Below are positions 23,784 through 34,830 of a stretch of DNA of 64,000 bases, piece by piece. Made by a program: the position numbers and the translations under genes. The stretch comes from Lama glama. Its lineage: Eukaryota. Below the pieces are notes generated by a model. It saw only the letters and a list, made by a program, of their open reading frames with translations, ran no database searches and was not told the origin of the DNA. How positions within the stretch are numbered: the stretch's first letter is position 1; the number at the start of each line of letters is the position of its first letter. Location: contig CM052837.1 of NCBI GenBank assembly GCA_028534125.1, positions 20,956,001-21,020,000 on the forward strand, read 5' to 3'.

Positions 23784-23913
23784 TTCACAGCAAAAGAGAA
23801 TGTGACAATGAATGTATGTATGCTCATGTATAACTGAAAAATTGTACTCTACACTGGAATTTGACACAACATTGTAAAATGACTATAACTCAATTAAAAC
23901 AGTGTTGAAAAAA
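23784..23913 (+). mobile_element. Young camelid-type L1 3' end with poly(A) and 14-bp TSD, inserted in an L2 fragment
   Basis: tacactggaatttgacacaacattgtaaaatgactataactcaattaaaa; TSD aagattatggaacc (23770-23783) / aagattatgaaacc (23914-23927) after TT (L1 endonuclease TT/AAGA site). Confidence 0.88.
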
Positions 23914-24524
23914 AAGATTATGAAACCAGTGGCCTTGTCACCACTGGGTCCCAGAGCCTAGCCTGGCGCTTGACATGTGGAGGATGCACAGTAAATACTC
24001 GTTGACCACATGAATGATCAACCTCCTCCCTAAAAGACTGCTCGTTGAAGACAAAATGGACTGGGGGCTCTCCCAGAACCTTGCAAGTTTGAGACAATAC
24101 AGTTGACAGTTGTTGGTCATACATCTGGGGTGAGTGGTCTTGGACCCAGCTTGTTTAGAAGCAGAAACAAGTAGATTGCTGGCCTTAAGTTTTTCTTTGT
24201 CTCATGGGCTTAGAAATTATGGCAGAACACCCCCCCACCCCCACACCTCCTTTAGAGCCATGCCCTTAAGAGCCATGTTATGGATAGAACTTCCTTATAG
24301 GTGAAGCCACCCTATGACAAGCTTTTGGTAATCCAACAACTCCTAATAAAGCACTGTGGGCTGGGAATCAGCTTGGCAGTCCAGCCCTCTGGAGGGCTGC
24401 CCGGCACTCTTCCTTTTCTTGTCAAACTCAGGGGCTTGTCACGTATCAGCGTTGAGTTCATCCTGGTCCAGTCTCAGCCCTTGTCACCTCTCAGGACCGT
24501 CCTCAGATTCCTACAGTAGCAGTA

Positions 24525-24725
24525 TAGCCTGGTGTGGTACACATGGGGCCACTGCTTATCAGCCATGTGGTCTTGGGTTAATTCCTAAGCTCTCTGAGCC
24601 TTAGTTGCCCCATCTGTGAAATGCCAGGTCTGCCACACAAGGTGGATGTGAGGGTCAGGTGAGGTGACACGTGTAAACTTAGCACAGACCCCGAAATAGA
24701 GTAGGCACTTCAAGAAGTATTAAGA
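24525..24725 (+). mobile_element. MIR SINE
   Basis: ctctctgagccttagttgccccatctgtgaaatg core and tail. Confidence 0.7.
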
Positions 24726-26220
24726 TCTCTCCTGCACTAAATCTGTCTCCAGTTCTGCCTACCCTCGCCTTAGACAGACATACCTATTCTTCTAAGAGGC
24801 CACTGGGAAGCCAGGCAAAGAGACTGGCTGCGGGAGAACTGGGAGTGTGGGTTTTATTGGCCTGCGGTCTGATTGCTATGTGACAGCTGCATGAGAATGG
24901 CAAACTCATTCTTGCTGGGATGTCAGGACTCGTGACATGCTAAATAGGGGGGTGGCCTAAAAACATCTTTGTTCCCAAAGCCAACAAAAGAGGCTGAGAG
25001 AGGTGAATCTCTAGATTGAGCAGACTCTAGAGAGGAGAGGAGAAGCAAACACCATCCCTAAAACCCAGAATTCCTGGTAATTTAGTTCTCCTTTTGTAAG
25101 TTGGGGTGGAGACGGAAAAGGATTATTGCCATTGAAATCCTTTCGGGTTTGTATAATAAAACCTTCAGAAATAGATCAGGGGAGGTGCTTAGCTTGGGGG
25201 ATGAGTTGGAAAGAAAAAAATGTGCCCTTGGGTGCAATAGCATGATTGGCAACCTCCTTGGTTTTTTGAAGAATAGCGCAGTGTATGTTGTCTCCTTGGT
25301 ATCAGCTGCTTCAGACAAGGAGGGAAGGAGAAAAGAGGTGGGATCCAGAAATGGCATTTGACCTTTACTTCTTGTCTCTTTTAAAAATTCTTATTAAAAC
25401 AGGTCCAATTTTCCTTGTATTGCTTCATTAGGTAGGTGAGTTATTGAGTTTATAGCAGTTCTAGTTAATTGCGCTGTTTTAACATGGCTCCCTGGAGGCT
25501 ATTATGAGCTTTAAGGGGGTGAGCTACCAAGCAAGCAGTGTGTGGGTGTGTGGTGTGCATATGAGGCATAGGCACACATTTTACCTCATCAACAATGACA
25601 GCCGTTGATAACAGGTCACTGCTCGAAAGAATACTTTTCTGTCATCTGCAAAGAAATGTAAGTGAATCTGGCGGGCTCCTCAAGTCAGGAGGTATGCAGT
25701 TGCCAGGTGCTTCTCGGGCTTCTAACAGTGAGGAATTGCAGACCAGAGCTCCCACCACCTACCAGGGTTAGAAGAGGGAAATAGCAAAATTTGTCCTGCA
25801 GTCGGAACAGAAGGGCGTTTAGCCAACTTAGGCAAAAAAAAACCTTTTTAACGTGTTCATGGTGGGCTGTGGCAATGGTATGGCATCATTTGGTTCCAGC
25901 TTTTATTGGGGCTCCTGCTATGTTCAAAATTTAAGACCTAATATACGATAGGAACAAAATAGAATGCCTGCCCTGGTGGGGTAGGGGGAAGCTGCTCTTT
26001 CCCAGTGTTCCATCTCCAGATTCTTTTCCTTGTCCTGCCCCTCAGGTGTTCATTTTTTGCATAGCTTGGTGGTGTCTTCCGCCATTTCTTTTTCTTTTTT
26101 TTAAATTCCACTTACTCTTCTTGGTTTCATCTACTACCTGCAGCTTTAACTTCTGTGTCTTTGCCACTGATTGTCAAATCTTCAGCCTTGTCTCCACCCC
26201 AAGTTCTAACCAGTGCAGCT

Positions 26221-26500
26221 ATTTTTTTTATATAAACTTTTTTTATTGAGTTATAGTCATTTTACAATGTTGTGTCAAATTCCAGTGTATAGCAGTTTTT
26301 CAGCCATACATGAACATACATACATCCATTGTTAACATTCTCTTCCGCTGTGAGCCACCACAAGATCCTATATACATTTCCCTGTGCTATACAATACAAT
26401 CTTGTTTATCTATTCTACATTGTGAAATCCCAGTCCCTTCCCACCCCCTGTCCCCCTGGCAACCACAAGTTTGTATTCTATGTCTTGAGTCTGTTTCTGT
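26221..26500 (-). mobile_element. Young camelid-type L1 3' end (about 280 nt)
   Basis: ttttattgagttatagtcattttacaatgttgtgtcaaattccagtgta ... ccctggcaaccacaagtttgtattctatgtc; same family as 23784-23913. Confidence 0.88.
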
Positions 26501-26689
26501 TACTAACCAGAAGACAACTCCGCTAGATACTCAAACTCAGCTCATTGGAAATCATACTCATTCCTTCATTGCCCAGGTCTCTTCTGCTTTTCCTGTCTTG
26601 GTAAATGGCACCATCCTCTACTCTGCCACACAAGGCAGAAATCAATACACCGTGCTTAACTCTAGTATTCCCCACATGTACAGGACAAG

Positions 26690-26880
26690 ACTTGGGTTGC
26701 TGTCTTGGTCCTTTCATTTACTAGCTGTTTGACTTTGGGCTTAACCTCTCTGAGCCTGTATCTCCTTCATTGTAAAATTAGTATAATGTTGGAATCTATC
26801 TCACAAGGTTGCTATCCGAGGATTAAATGAAATAATACAGATGAAGTGCTTAGCACAGTGCCTGCTTCATTAATATTAGT
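26690..26880 (+). mobile_element. MIR SINE
   Basis: ttactagctgttttgactttgggcttaacctctctgagcc...gaggattaaatgaaataata...gcttagcacagtgcctg. Confidence 0.8.
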
Positions 26881-27659
26881 GGCTCAGATGAGGTTAGGTT
26901 TCCCATTTGTGCTGCTCTTCCTTCTGCTCTTTTGGTAGTTTTGAAAGTACCTACCTGGAGAAATCCTTTTCCTCCCTGAACCTGACATTCTATAGGGGTA
27001 GACTGTAAACATGCAGGTCCTGTGTGAAATGTAAGACAAAAACTCCCCAAGAGAGGACGTACCAGGGAGCCCCAGGTCCTCACTTTTCTATATAACGTAA
27101 ACAGAGAATTCAAAGATTCCCCCCCAACCCCGCTTTTTTGTGTTCCCCAAGCTTGAAAATCACAGAGTTGGTTTTAGTGCTCAAGACAACGAGCAAGTGA
27201 ATAGTAAATGGTGTTTAATTTTAAGAGTAGCACTAAGCCGTGTACTAACAGGCACTTGATGCTAAACAAGGATGGAAATATCTGGCTGTTGTTTTTTGTT
27301 GCTATTTGAAAACCTGATAACTGAGTAGTTTCTGGATCAGTTTCTTTTCTCTTTCTCTCCAGCTGCTTGTCTCATTCCTGACCTCGGATGACAGAATGTA
27401 AGGATGCTGAAATAAGCAATGTGTTTGGACTTAGGGTTCCTCTCGTCAGGCCCGAGGGGATGATTTTAAGTGTTGCACATCTGGCTTGCTAACTGGTTCC
27501 AGTCATATTAAGGATTAACCCACAGGCCTTTCTCAAGGAGAGCACAGCATAGTTGTTTGCTACTGAGGAAGACAATGAAACGGGATGTACCTGCCATCTT
27601 GGAAGAAACTGGTTTTCTCTTTTGTTGGAGGAGGGGGAAATGGGTTAATGGCCTGCTCA

Positions 27660-28125
27660 CATTTTTATTGGGCATCTACTAATATACTCAGGGCTTTACA
27701 GGCGTACATACTTTATGAATTAGGCTTTCCTATCATCTTTTTACAGATAAGTCTCAGAGGGTTTGTTGATTACCAAATGTCTTTCAGCAAGTGAGTGACA
27801 AAAGCAGGATCTGAACTGAGGTCTGCTTCTATAAAGCTTCTTACAACACCAGGGTGGCTCCACTGGTCTTCCGGTTGGTATCCAGAGGCAGCACAGAGTA
27901 GGGGAAGGAGGATTGTCTTTGTAGGAAACAGACCTGGCTTCAAATCCCAGCTCTACCGCCAAACTAGCTGGTGGCCTTAGGCAGTTTATTCTTTCTAGAC
28001 CTTGAATACCTCTTCAGTCCACAAGCCTGATAAAACCTTTCTCAAATTCTTGTGCGAAGAATAATGATCATGAGCATCCTGCATAATCTCTAGCATGTGG
28101 ACATTTAATAAATGGTAATACAGTT
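27660..28125. mobile_element. Two adjacent MIR fragments in opposite orientation (- at about 27660-27845, + at about 27885-28125)
   Basis: ttttacagataagtctcagagg; agacctggcttcaaatcccagctctaccgcc. Confidence 0.6.
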
Positions 28126-28529
28126 ACTGCATATCAGCCTCCTTTCAAAAATAGTCATCCTTACCTCTTTCAGTTTCCATGTTTACATGTAGGTTGCAAA
28201 TTCCTTGGCTTTTGTGGGTGTGAAGCCCAGCTGTGGACCAGAACTCCATGTGTAGACAAGCTAGGTCATAATTAGAGCTACCAAGAGATAAGACAGCCAC
28301 TGTTTATCATGGTCTGTTAATCTGGACCCTCAGTTATAATCTTGGTTTTGCTGATCCTGTCAAAATTCATCCCGTCTTGAATGAGGTACCAGACCTTCTA
28401 TTTCAGTTGATGCTTGTGCAGAGGATCTGTTTCTATGAATAAAAGTCCTAAAGGTAGGTCACTGAGACTTCATTCATTCTTGTTTAATAAAAGAGCAAGG
28501 TTTAAGGCTCACTGTAGTCTGTCCCTCCT

Positions 28530-28832
28530 ATCTTTTATTAAACAAACCGTTTGCTCCTTCTCTGTGCCAGGTTTGGTGCTATTAATGGAAGGTGAACAAG
28601 CTCACAGTCCAGCTATGGAGACACAGAAACCTGTGTTTATAGTACAAGGGAAAATGTAAAGGAGAGTGTGAGGCAGGGTGGCAGCATGGAGCAGGGGCTC
28701 CTAATCTAGCCTGGGCAGTGAGAGAACAGGTGGAGATTAGAAACAGTCCCACTTTAGAAATGTGGCTCTTGGGGGTAGATCACATGCTTAGCATGCACGA
28801 GGTCTTGGGTTCAATCCCCAGTACCTCCACTG

Positions 28833-28867
<35 letters not shown>

Positions 28868-29000
28868 TGGAAGAAGGAAAGGAAAGAAGGAAGGAAGAAG
28901 GAAAGGAAGGTGATTCTTGAGCCAAATCTTAGGTATGAGTTAGCCAGATGGAGCAATGTCAACTGAAAAAAGCAGCGTGTATAAAATAAAAGATAGGAGG
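28530..29000 (-). mobile_element. L2 fragment interrupted by a SINE
   Basis: ctccttctctgtgccagg, ctcctaatctagcctgggcagtgagagaa, ttcttgagccaaatctta. Confidence 0.5.
28771..28909 (+). mobile_element. Camelid tRNA-Ala-derived SINE (Vic-1-like), 5' clipped, with purine microsatellite tail
   Basis: gtagatcacatgcttagcatgcacgaggtcttgggttcaatccccagtacctcca with Pol III B box at 28808-28818, then a (GAAA)n(GA)n(GGAA)n tail. Confidence 0.85.
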
Positions 29001-29009
29001 GACAGACTA

Positions 29010-29115
29010 CAGTGAGCCTTAAACCTTGCTGCCCATCAGAATCGTCTGGAATCTTGTTTAAAATGTAGCCTTTTATTAAGCTTCCCAGGAGTACCCTCTG
29101 AGGCCAGTTTGGCAC
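29010..29115. mobile_element. MER5-family hAT MITE fragment
   Basis: cagtgagccttaaaccttgctgcccatcagaatc...aagcttcccagg...ccagtttggcacca. Confidence 0.55.
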
Positions 29116-29944
29116 CAGCCGTTGGTGAAAAGAGCATGGAGCAAAAGATTAGATTAGTTAAGCAGAAACCAGACCCTGAAGAACTCTGCAGAGCCATTGT
29201 GAGGATTGACGGAGTTAATATATTTAGGGCAGAACCTGGCACATAGCAAACATTCATTAATGTTAATAGTTATTGCTGTTCTTGCAGTTATTTTATTGTG
29301 TTACACCAAAAGGACTCCCTCAAATTTTTACAGGTCATAGGTATAGTACTAATTTTAGATATTTTGAGTACTTCAGCTAATTTAGCACAAACCCAATTTT
29401 GATATTGAGGGCCTGGGTGGAAAGGATGAAGGAGAAACATTTATCATTCCTGTTTTTCTTACACGTTTTTCATTTTGCCAGGTAGAAACTGAGTTCTTCA
29501 GTGGCCACATTAGCTGAATTCTTATTTTGGATATAGAATTTTCCACTGGTACATTTATTATTTTGTCAATATGACTCTGTTAGTTTTCATTTATAATCTT
29601 GATTAAATTTTATAGAAATAGTTTAGTATGCAGCATATCCCCTTTATAGAAGTAAAACAAATAGGAGAAATATAGAAGCAGGAGAGAAATAGCCAAACCT
29701 CTTTAGGTTATTTCTTTAGCATTAGGTGGTGCCAAAATGAGGAAATGACCGAGGGGCTAGGCAGTAATTAACTGGCTTATTAAACTTGGTTTATAATAAC
29801 CTGGTTTATTAAAATTCAACACATAGCCTTTACTGGGTTGTGCCTCCTAATGTTACCATTTGGGGGCTTTTTTCGTTGAGTCCTCTGATAGGCAAAAGCC
29901 TATCATCAGATAAAAACCTATCAGGTAAAAACATTCTATCGTTA

Positions 29945-30075
29945 CACCTAATCCTCACAGGAACCCTGTGAGCCGTGTATTATTACCTGTGTTTTACAGG
30001 TGAGAACGCTGAGGCATAGAGAAGTTGTCATTTTCCAAAGACACATCTAGTACATGGCCCCACTAGGATTTTAAG
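29945..30075 (-). mobile_element. MIR SINE fragment
   Basis: taatcctcacaggaaccctgtgag...ttttacaggtgagaacgctgaggcatagagaagtt. Confidence 0.75.
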
Positions 30076-30529
30076 CTAATTTTTTTCCTGTGGTTTCTGA
30101 AAAGTGAATCATATGCACTGCTCTTCTTACTCTTCTTCTTTTAATCATAAATCAAAGTTGCTCAGTAGCAGTGGGACTAATTTAAACCGCTTGGTGTCTT
30201 TTCCTATGCAATTTCTTTTAAGTTATCAGTAGTCCTGCCCCTAGTACTGCATAAACTCTGTCTCTCAATTGCAAACATTTTGCCCTGCCATACTTTGTTC
30301 ACCTCTTCTTGCCTTCCAACTTTAGGGTGTATCTGCCCACGATGGCCTCCTCTCTTCTCAGTGGCCTTTCATATCTGAAGCTCAGTGGTGCTTCAGCCTT
30401 CAATTTCTGTTCCTAAACATTCCTGAATACTCCCATCTGCTTACTTTGAATTGCCCGCCTTTAAACACCTCACGCAGCACTCGGGCCTTTTTTCTCCCTG
30501 TGTTGGTCCCCTTGAGAATGAGCTGTAAG

Positions 30530-30692
30530 TCAGTAGTTTTCGACCCTCGCTGATCAGTATCACTCGAAGGGCTTTGACAGAATACACATGCCAGGGCCCC
30601 ACCTCCAGAAAATTTGAGGATCAGAACTCCAGACATCTATATTTTTTAGATGCTCTGGAGTCCATCGCTCAGCTAGTGCTGAGACCCACTGG
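30530..30692. mobile_element. MER5A-like MITE
   Basis: cagtagttttcgaccc...tgccagggccccacctccaga...gctgagacccactg. Confidence 0.65.
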
Positions 30693-30799
30693 CCAGAATG
30701 CTCAGAGCATAAGCCTTGGTAAGCATACTTTTTACTTTTCTCTGTGCCAAGAGAAGCTTCCTGACATGGTGGATCTTTAGAGGAAGGCTTATTAAAAAT

Positions 30800-31060
30800 A
30801 TCTTTATTGCTTTTTCTGAGTTTGAATAAAATAACCTAATGTAGAAAATTCAAACATTGTGGAAAAGAAGGGAGAAAAAGTAAAAATCACCCCCAGTCTC
30901 ACCACCCACAGCTAATTACTGGAAGCATCATTGACACCATCCATTCAAACATCTGTTAGGGGTGGGGGTTGTACATATGTGCATATAATTGTGTAAATGG
31001 AGCCATGGTGTATATGCTATTTTGTAACCTGCTGTTTTTACTCTGTGTGTCATGTGCATG
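30800..31060 (-). mobile_element. Old L1M 3' remnant
   Basis: tgtagaaaattcaaaca...aaaatcaccccc...tatatgctattttgtaacctgctgtttttact. Confidence 0.58.
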
Positions 31061-31929
31061 TTGACAAGGGTGAGTCTTTTAATATAATTAGGAAACTGGA
31101 CTGTATATTTTTAGAAGGCAGGATAGATTTCAGGTTAAATGATTAGCTTGTGGAGGTGATGGCAGTTTGGAAAGGTAAGCTGTGCTTGGATGATGATGTT
31201 GGCTCTTCCAAGCACTGTGAATGTGCTGGGACTTCAGGATGGTAAGGAGACGAGGCGTGGACTGAAGGCTAAAGCATCTGTGTTCATCTGGTTATAATAT
31301 AAGGGGAAGTGAAGATGCCTTTCAAAATTTTTTTAATGTGTGACTGTTTTAATGTGTTAGACATGTTGGCATCTAACAGATGATGTGGAAGAGGATAAAC
31401 TGAAAATAAACCTGTATACATTTCACTGCTCATGAAGAATACAGTTACAGGTGTGAGATGTTTGTTAGTGTCCACCTTCCTGGACTCTGGTGATATTAGA
31501 TGTGATTTATATATGCAGCAGCTTGCAGGTTGCTGGAGAAATGCTCTGTGTACTTAATCATGTTGCAGTCTTTTTTTTTTTTAATGGTAAGAAAAAGTCT
31601 TGGCTGGCTTTTATAGTCAGATTGATTTTGCTTGTGGGTGTCCAGATGCTGATGAACTGTAATTAGCATAAGAAGGAGGTTGGAAAGATGTTGAACATTG
31701 TTTTCTGGTAGCCAAACAAAGGCTCTCCAAACAAATTATTCTCAGGTATCAGGTTAAAGAGAAGCAGCTCTTACCTCTTTAAGATGCTGGTCTATTAAAG
31801 GATATAGTGTTGGGTTGGGCTGGGGAGGTCACCACTGGGGATGGGGTTGGAGAACCTTGCTATGAACCATCATGGGGGTGATTTTCTGCAGCTGAGACCT
31901 CTGTTTGAGAGTAGTAACTTTAAATCCCT

Positions 31930-32130
31930 TAGGTAGCCTATTAGAAAGGAGCTTTGTGCTGGGTTCAGATTTGAAGTTGTGTTTCCACCACAGGCTCTGT
32001 GACTTTGGCGAGTCTGCCCTCTCTGAACCTGTTTCCCCACCTTTAAAGAGGAAGGTAATAGTATTTCAGTGTGTGAGAATTGGATAATATATAGGGAAGT
32101 GCTTTGTATACTATAAACTTATGCACATGC
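31930..32130 (+). mobile_element. MIR SINE
   Basis: ctgtgactttggcgagtc...ctctctgaacctgtttccccacctttaaaa. Confidence 0.62.
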
Positions 32131-33044
32131 ACAATATGGTGGTGATGTGTATTACACTCAATGTTTTTCCTTTGTCTCTTCTACAGTCCTTACATTTTTT
32201 CCCTTGTAACACTTTTCCTCCTTGTTTCTAGCTCTAAAGTAGAAAGAAAATGATGGTTAATGTGTTCCATATTTGCTGCAGGGTTACCATAAAATAAATT
32301 AAGCGTATCATTTTGCTAATCACTAAAAAATATGCCTACAACTTTCTTAAATGTATTGATTACTAATAAATCATGTCTCTGTTGAGTGTGCCTGCTGGCT
32401 GGCAAACTTGTAGAATAACAATGTTTGCTTGCCTCGTTAACAGGCTGATTTTCATGATGTGCCAGCCAGGCTGAGGTTCCTATTGGTGATGATAGCAGTG
32501 ATGGTGTCTCACATTTATTATTTGCTGTGTTCCAGTATATCCATGATGTCATTATCCCTAACATCAGCTCTGTGTGGGGTATCATTAGCCTGTTTTATTA
32601 CCGAGGAAACAGCCCCCAAGAAGTTAAGTGCTTTCTCAAATTGTGCACACAGTTTAAATTAATGTCTGCTAGAACCTAAAGCCTATGTTCTTAATCCTGT
32701 GCTTTAGTTATTTCTAGAAATAAAATAGGAAAATTTATAATATTGGCAGGACAGGGCAGAAAAGCTCTATTACCAAGTTTTTTGGTATATGTGGGATGTG
32801 GATTTTTTTTTTTTTTTTGGTATTTTTGTAATGTGGGATGTGAAAATTTCTTATCACTTCAAAGCAAATTTTTGAGATAATGAGGCTTGTTATAATGAAG
32901 TTTTTTGTATATACTTTATATTAAGTTAGATGTGTTTTTCTAAGCTGTAAGCTTGGCATGATTCTTCAAAGCAGTGTAGAGGAAAAAGCACTCATCGAAC
33001 ATGCAGACTTGAGTTCAAATCCCAGCTTATACCGGTTGTGTAAC

Positions 33045-33834
33045 TAAATTAGGTGTTCTAAGACTCAGTATCCAACGTGGAGGTGGGGGTGGTTTCCACA
33101 TATCAACAACAGGTAATTCTTGGACACCAGCAGGGTGTCTTAGAATTCAATACAATTCTAACACTGTATATCTGGAGATAGCATCAGATTTCCACAGGTT
33201 AAGGGCTCAGTCCCACAAGATTGTCCCCCCCCCACCCTCTTCAGACAGAATTGGCAAGTCCAGGTTATTACTGGTACTTCTGACCAACTGGTTATAAATC
33301 AGAGGTTTCCAAGACCCTCTCCTCGGGTTCAGTTAATTTGCTAGGGCGGCTCACAGAACTCAGAGAAACATTTTACTTACTGATTATGAAAGAATATAAC
33401 TCAGGCACAGCGAAATGGAAGCTATGGGTAGGGCAGGACATGGGGAGAGGGCGCAGCGCTTCCGGGCCCTCCTCCTCGAACGCCACTCTCCCAGGACCTT
33501 GAAAGCTCTCCAAACCTCAACCTGCTGGGGTTTTTTGGAGCCTTCATTACATCGGCATGATTGATTAAATCTTTGTCCTTTAATGGTTGATTCGATCTCC
33601 AGCCCCTCTCCCCTCCCAGGTCTGGGGGTGGGACTGGAAAATTGCTACTCTAATCACTCTAATCACTTGGTTGGCTCTCCTAGCAACCAATCCCTATCCT
33701 TCAAAAGTCACCTCATTAACATAACAAGAGACACCTTTATGGCTCTAATCAGGAAATTTCAAGGGTTTTAGGCATTCTCTGCCAGAAAGGGGACAAAGAC
33801 CAAATATATATTTCTGTTACAAATCAGTGTCACA
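33045..33834 (-). mobile_element. Solo LTR, MER21 family (ERVL), 5-bp TSD
   Basis: Reverse complement begins tgtgacac...aaatatatatttggtctttgtcccc; internal gggctcagtcccacaaga and ctcacagaactcag; TSD gtaac at 33040-33044 and 33835-33839. Confidence 0.85.
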
Positions 33835-33889
33835 GTAACCTTAGGCACGTTAATTAACTTCATTGATCCCAGATATACCATGTCTACAA

Positions 33890-34052
33890 CAGTGCTTCTC
33901 AATATTTATGTTGCAGATAAATCACCTGGGTATCTTTTAAAATGCAGAGTTTGCTTCAGTAGGTCTGGGTGAGGCCTGAAATTGTGTATTTATGACCAGT
34001 TCCCAGGTGGTACTGCTGTGGCTGGTCCTCTGACCACACTGTGAGTAGCAGG
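33890..34052. mobile_element. MER5A/B hAT MITE
   Basis: cagtgcttctcaa...aatcacctggg...cagtaggtctgggtgaggcctga...gaccacactgtgagtagcagg. Confidence 0.85.
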
Positions 34053-34419
34053 GCTACATTAAAGTAGACATTGATATCTGCCTCTCAGATTTATTGTGGC
34101 ATATAGTAGGTGCTTAACAAATGTTAGCCCTCTTCCCGTCTCCTCCTAACATGGTCTTTATTTAAGAAGTATATCTGGAAATGTGTATTCCCAGTATGTC
34201 TTATCTCTATCAAAAGTCCCAGGCTACAGAATGCATTTCGCAAGTAATAAGCTCAGGAGTAAGCTTTAAAATGAGAGATACCCACGTCTGAACACATAGC
34301 TTGATGACATAGGAGGCTCATTGTAAGTTGTTCATCCAGAACTAGGAGTCATTTAGGAAGCCTATGAAACCCTTTGTCTGTAAGGGGGCTCAGAGGAAAC
34401 CTCAGCTGACCCCTTCCTT

Positions 34420-34830
34420 GAGTTTATTCATTCTAGAGTTCTTCAGCCAGTACTGAATACCTAATGATGCCTGACAGGTGTTAGATCCTGGCAGACACAC
34501 CTGAACCACCTCAGGCCTCTGCCCCGGGGGCACTCACCTTCCAGTGGGGAGATAGCATGCAAATAATAATTACAATACAATACTATAAAGGTTATAAAGG
34601 AGTGGGTGTAAGTTGCAAATGGAAGCACTGAAGGAAGAAATAGGCTTCCAGTCTACTTGAAAATCTTCCATGAGGGGATTAGAAAGATTGAAAGCGAGTA
34701 GGAATGTCCTAAGCGGACAAGAAAGGGAAGAGCTTTTAGACAGAGGAAATGGCATGTAGACGGCACCGAGAATGTGATGGAACTCTGGAAAAGGCAGATT
34801 CCAGTGTTGTGGTCTTAGGGTTAGGGTCTA
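34420..34830 (-). mobile_element. L2 fragment
   Basis: tttattcattc...tactgaataccta...ctcaccttccagtggggaga...tagacagaggaaatggcatgtag. Confidence 0.6.

Larger units (their letters stand above)
32970..34130 (+). mobile_element. MIR SINE split into three pieces by an LTR and a MER5 element
   Basis: Head agacttgagttcaaatcccagc (to 33044), core ccttaggcacgtaattaacttc (33835-33889), tail ggcatatagtaggtgcttaacaaatgttagc (to 34130). Confidence 0.68.

Noticed and set aside
28771-28830. tRNA-Ala(AGC) gene
   Set aside because: The 5' acceptor/D-arm and A box are clipped, and it is followed by a purine tail inside an L2. This is a tRNA-derived SINE, not a functional tRNA.
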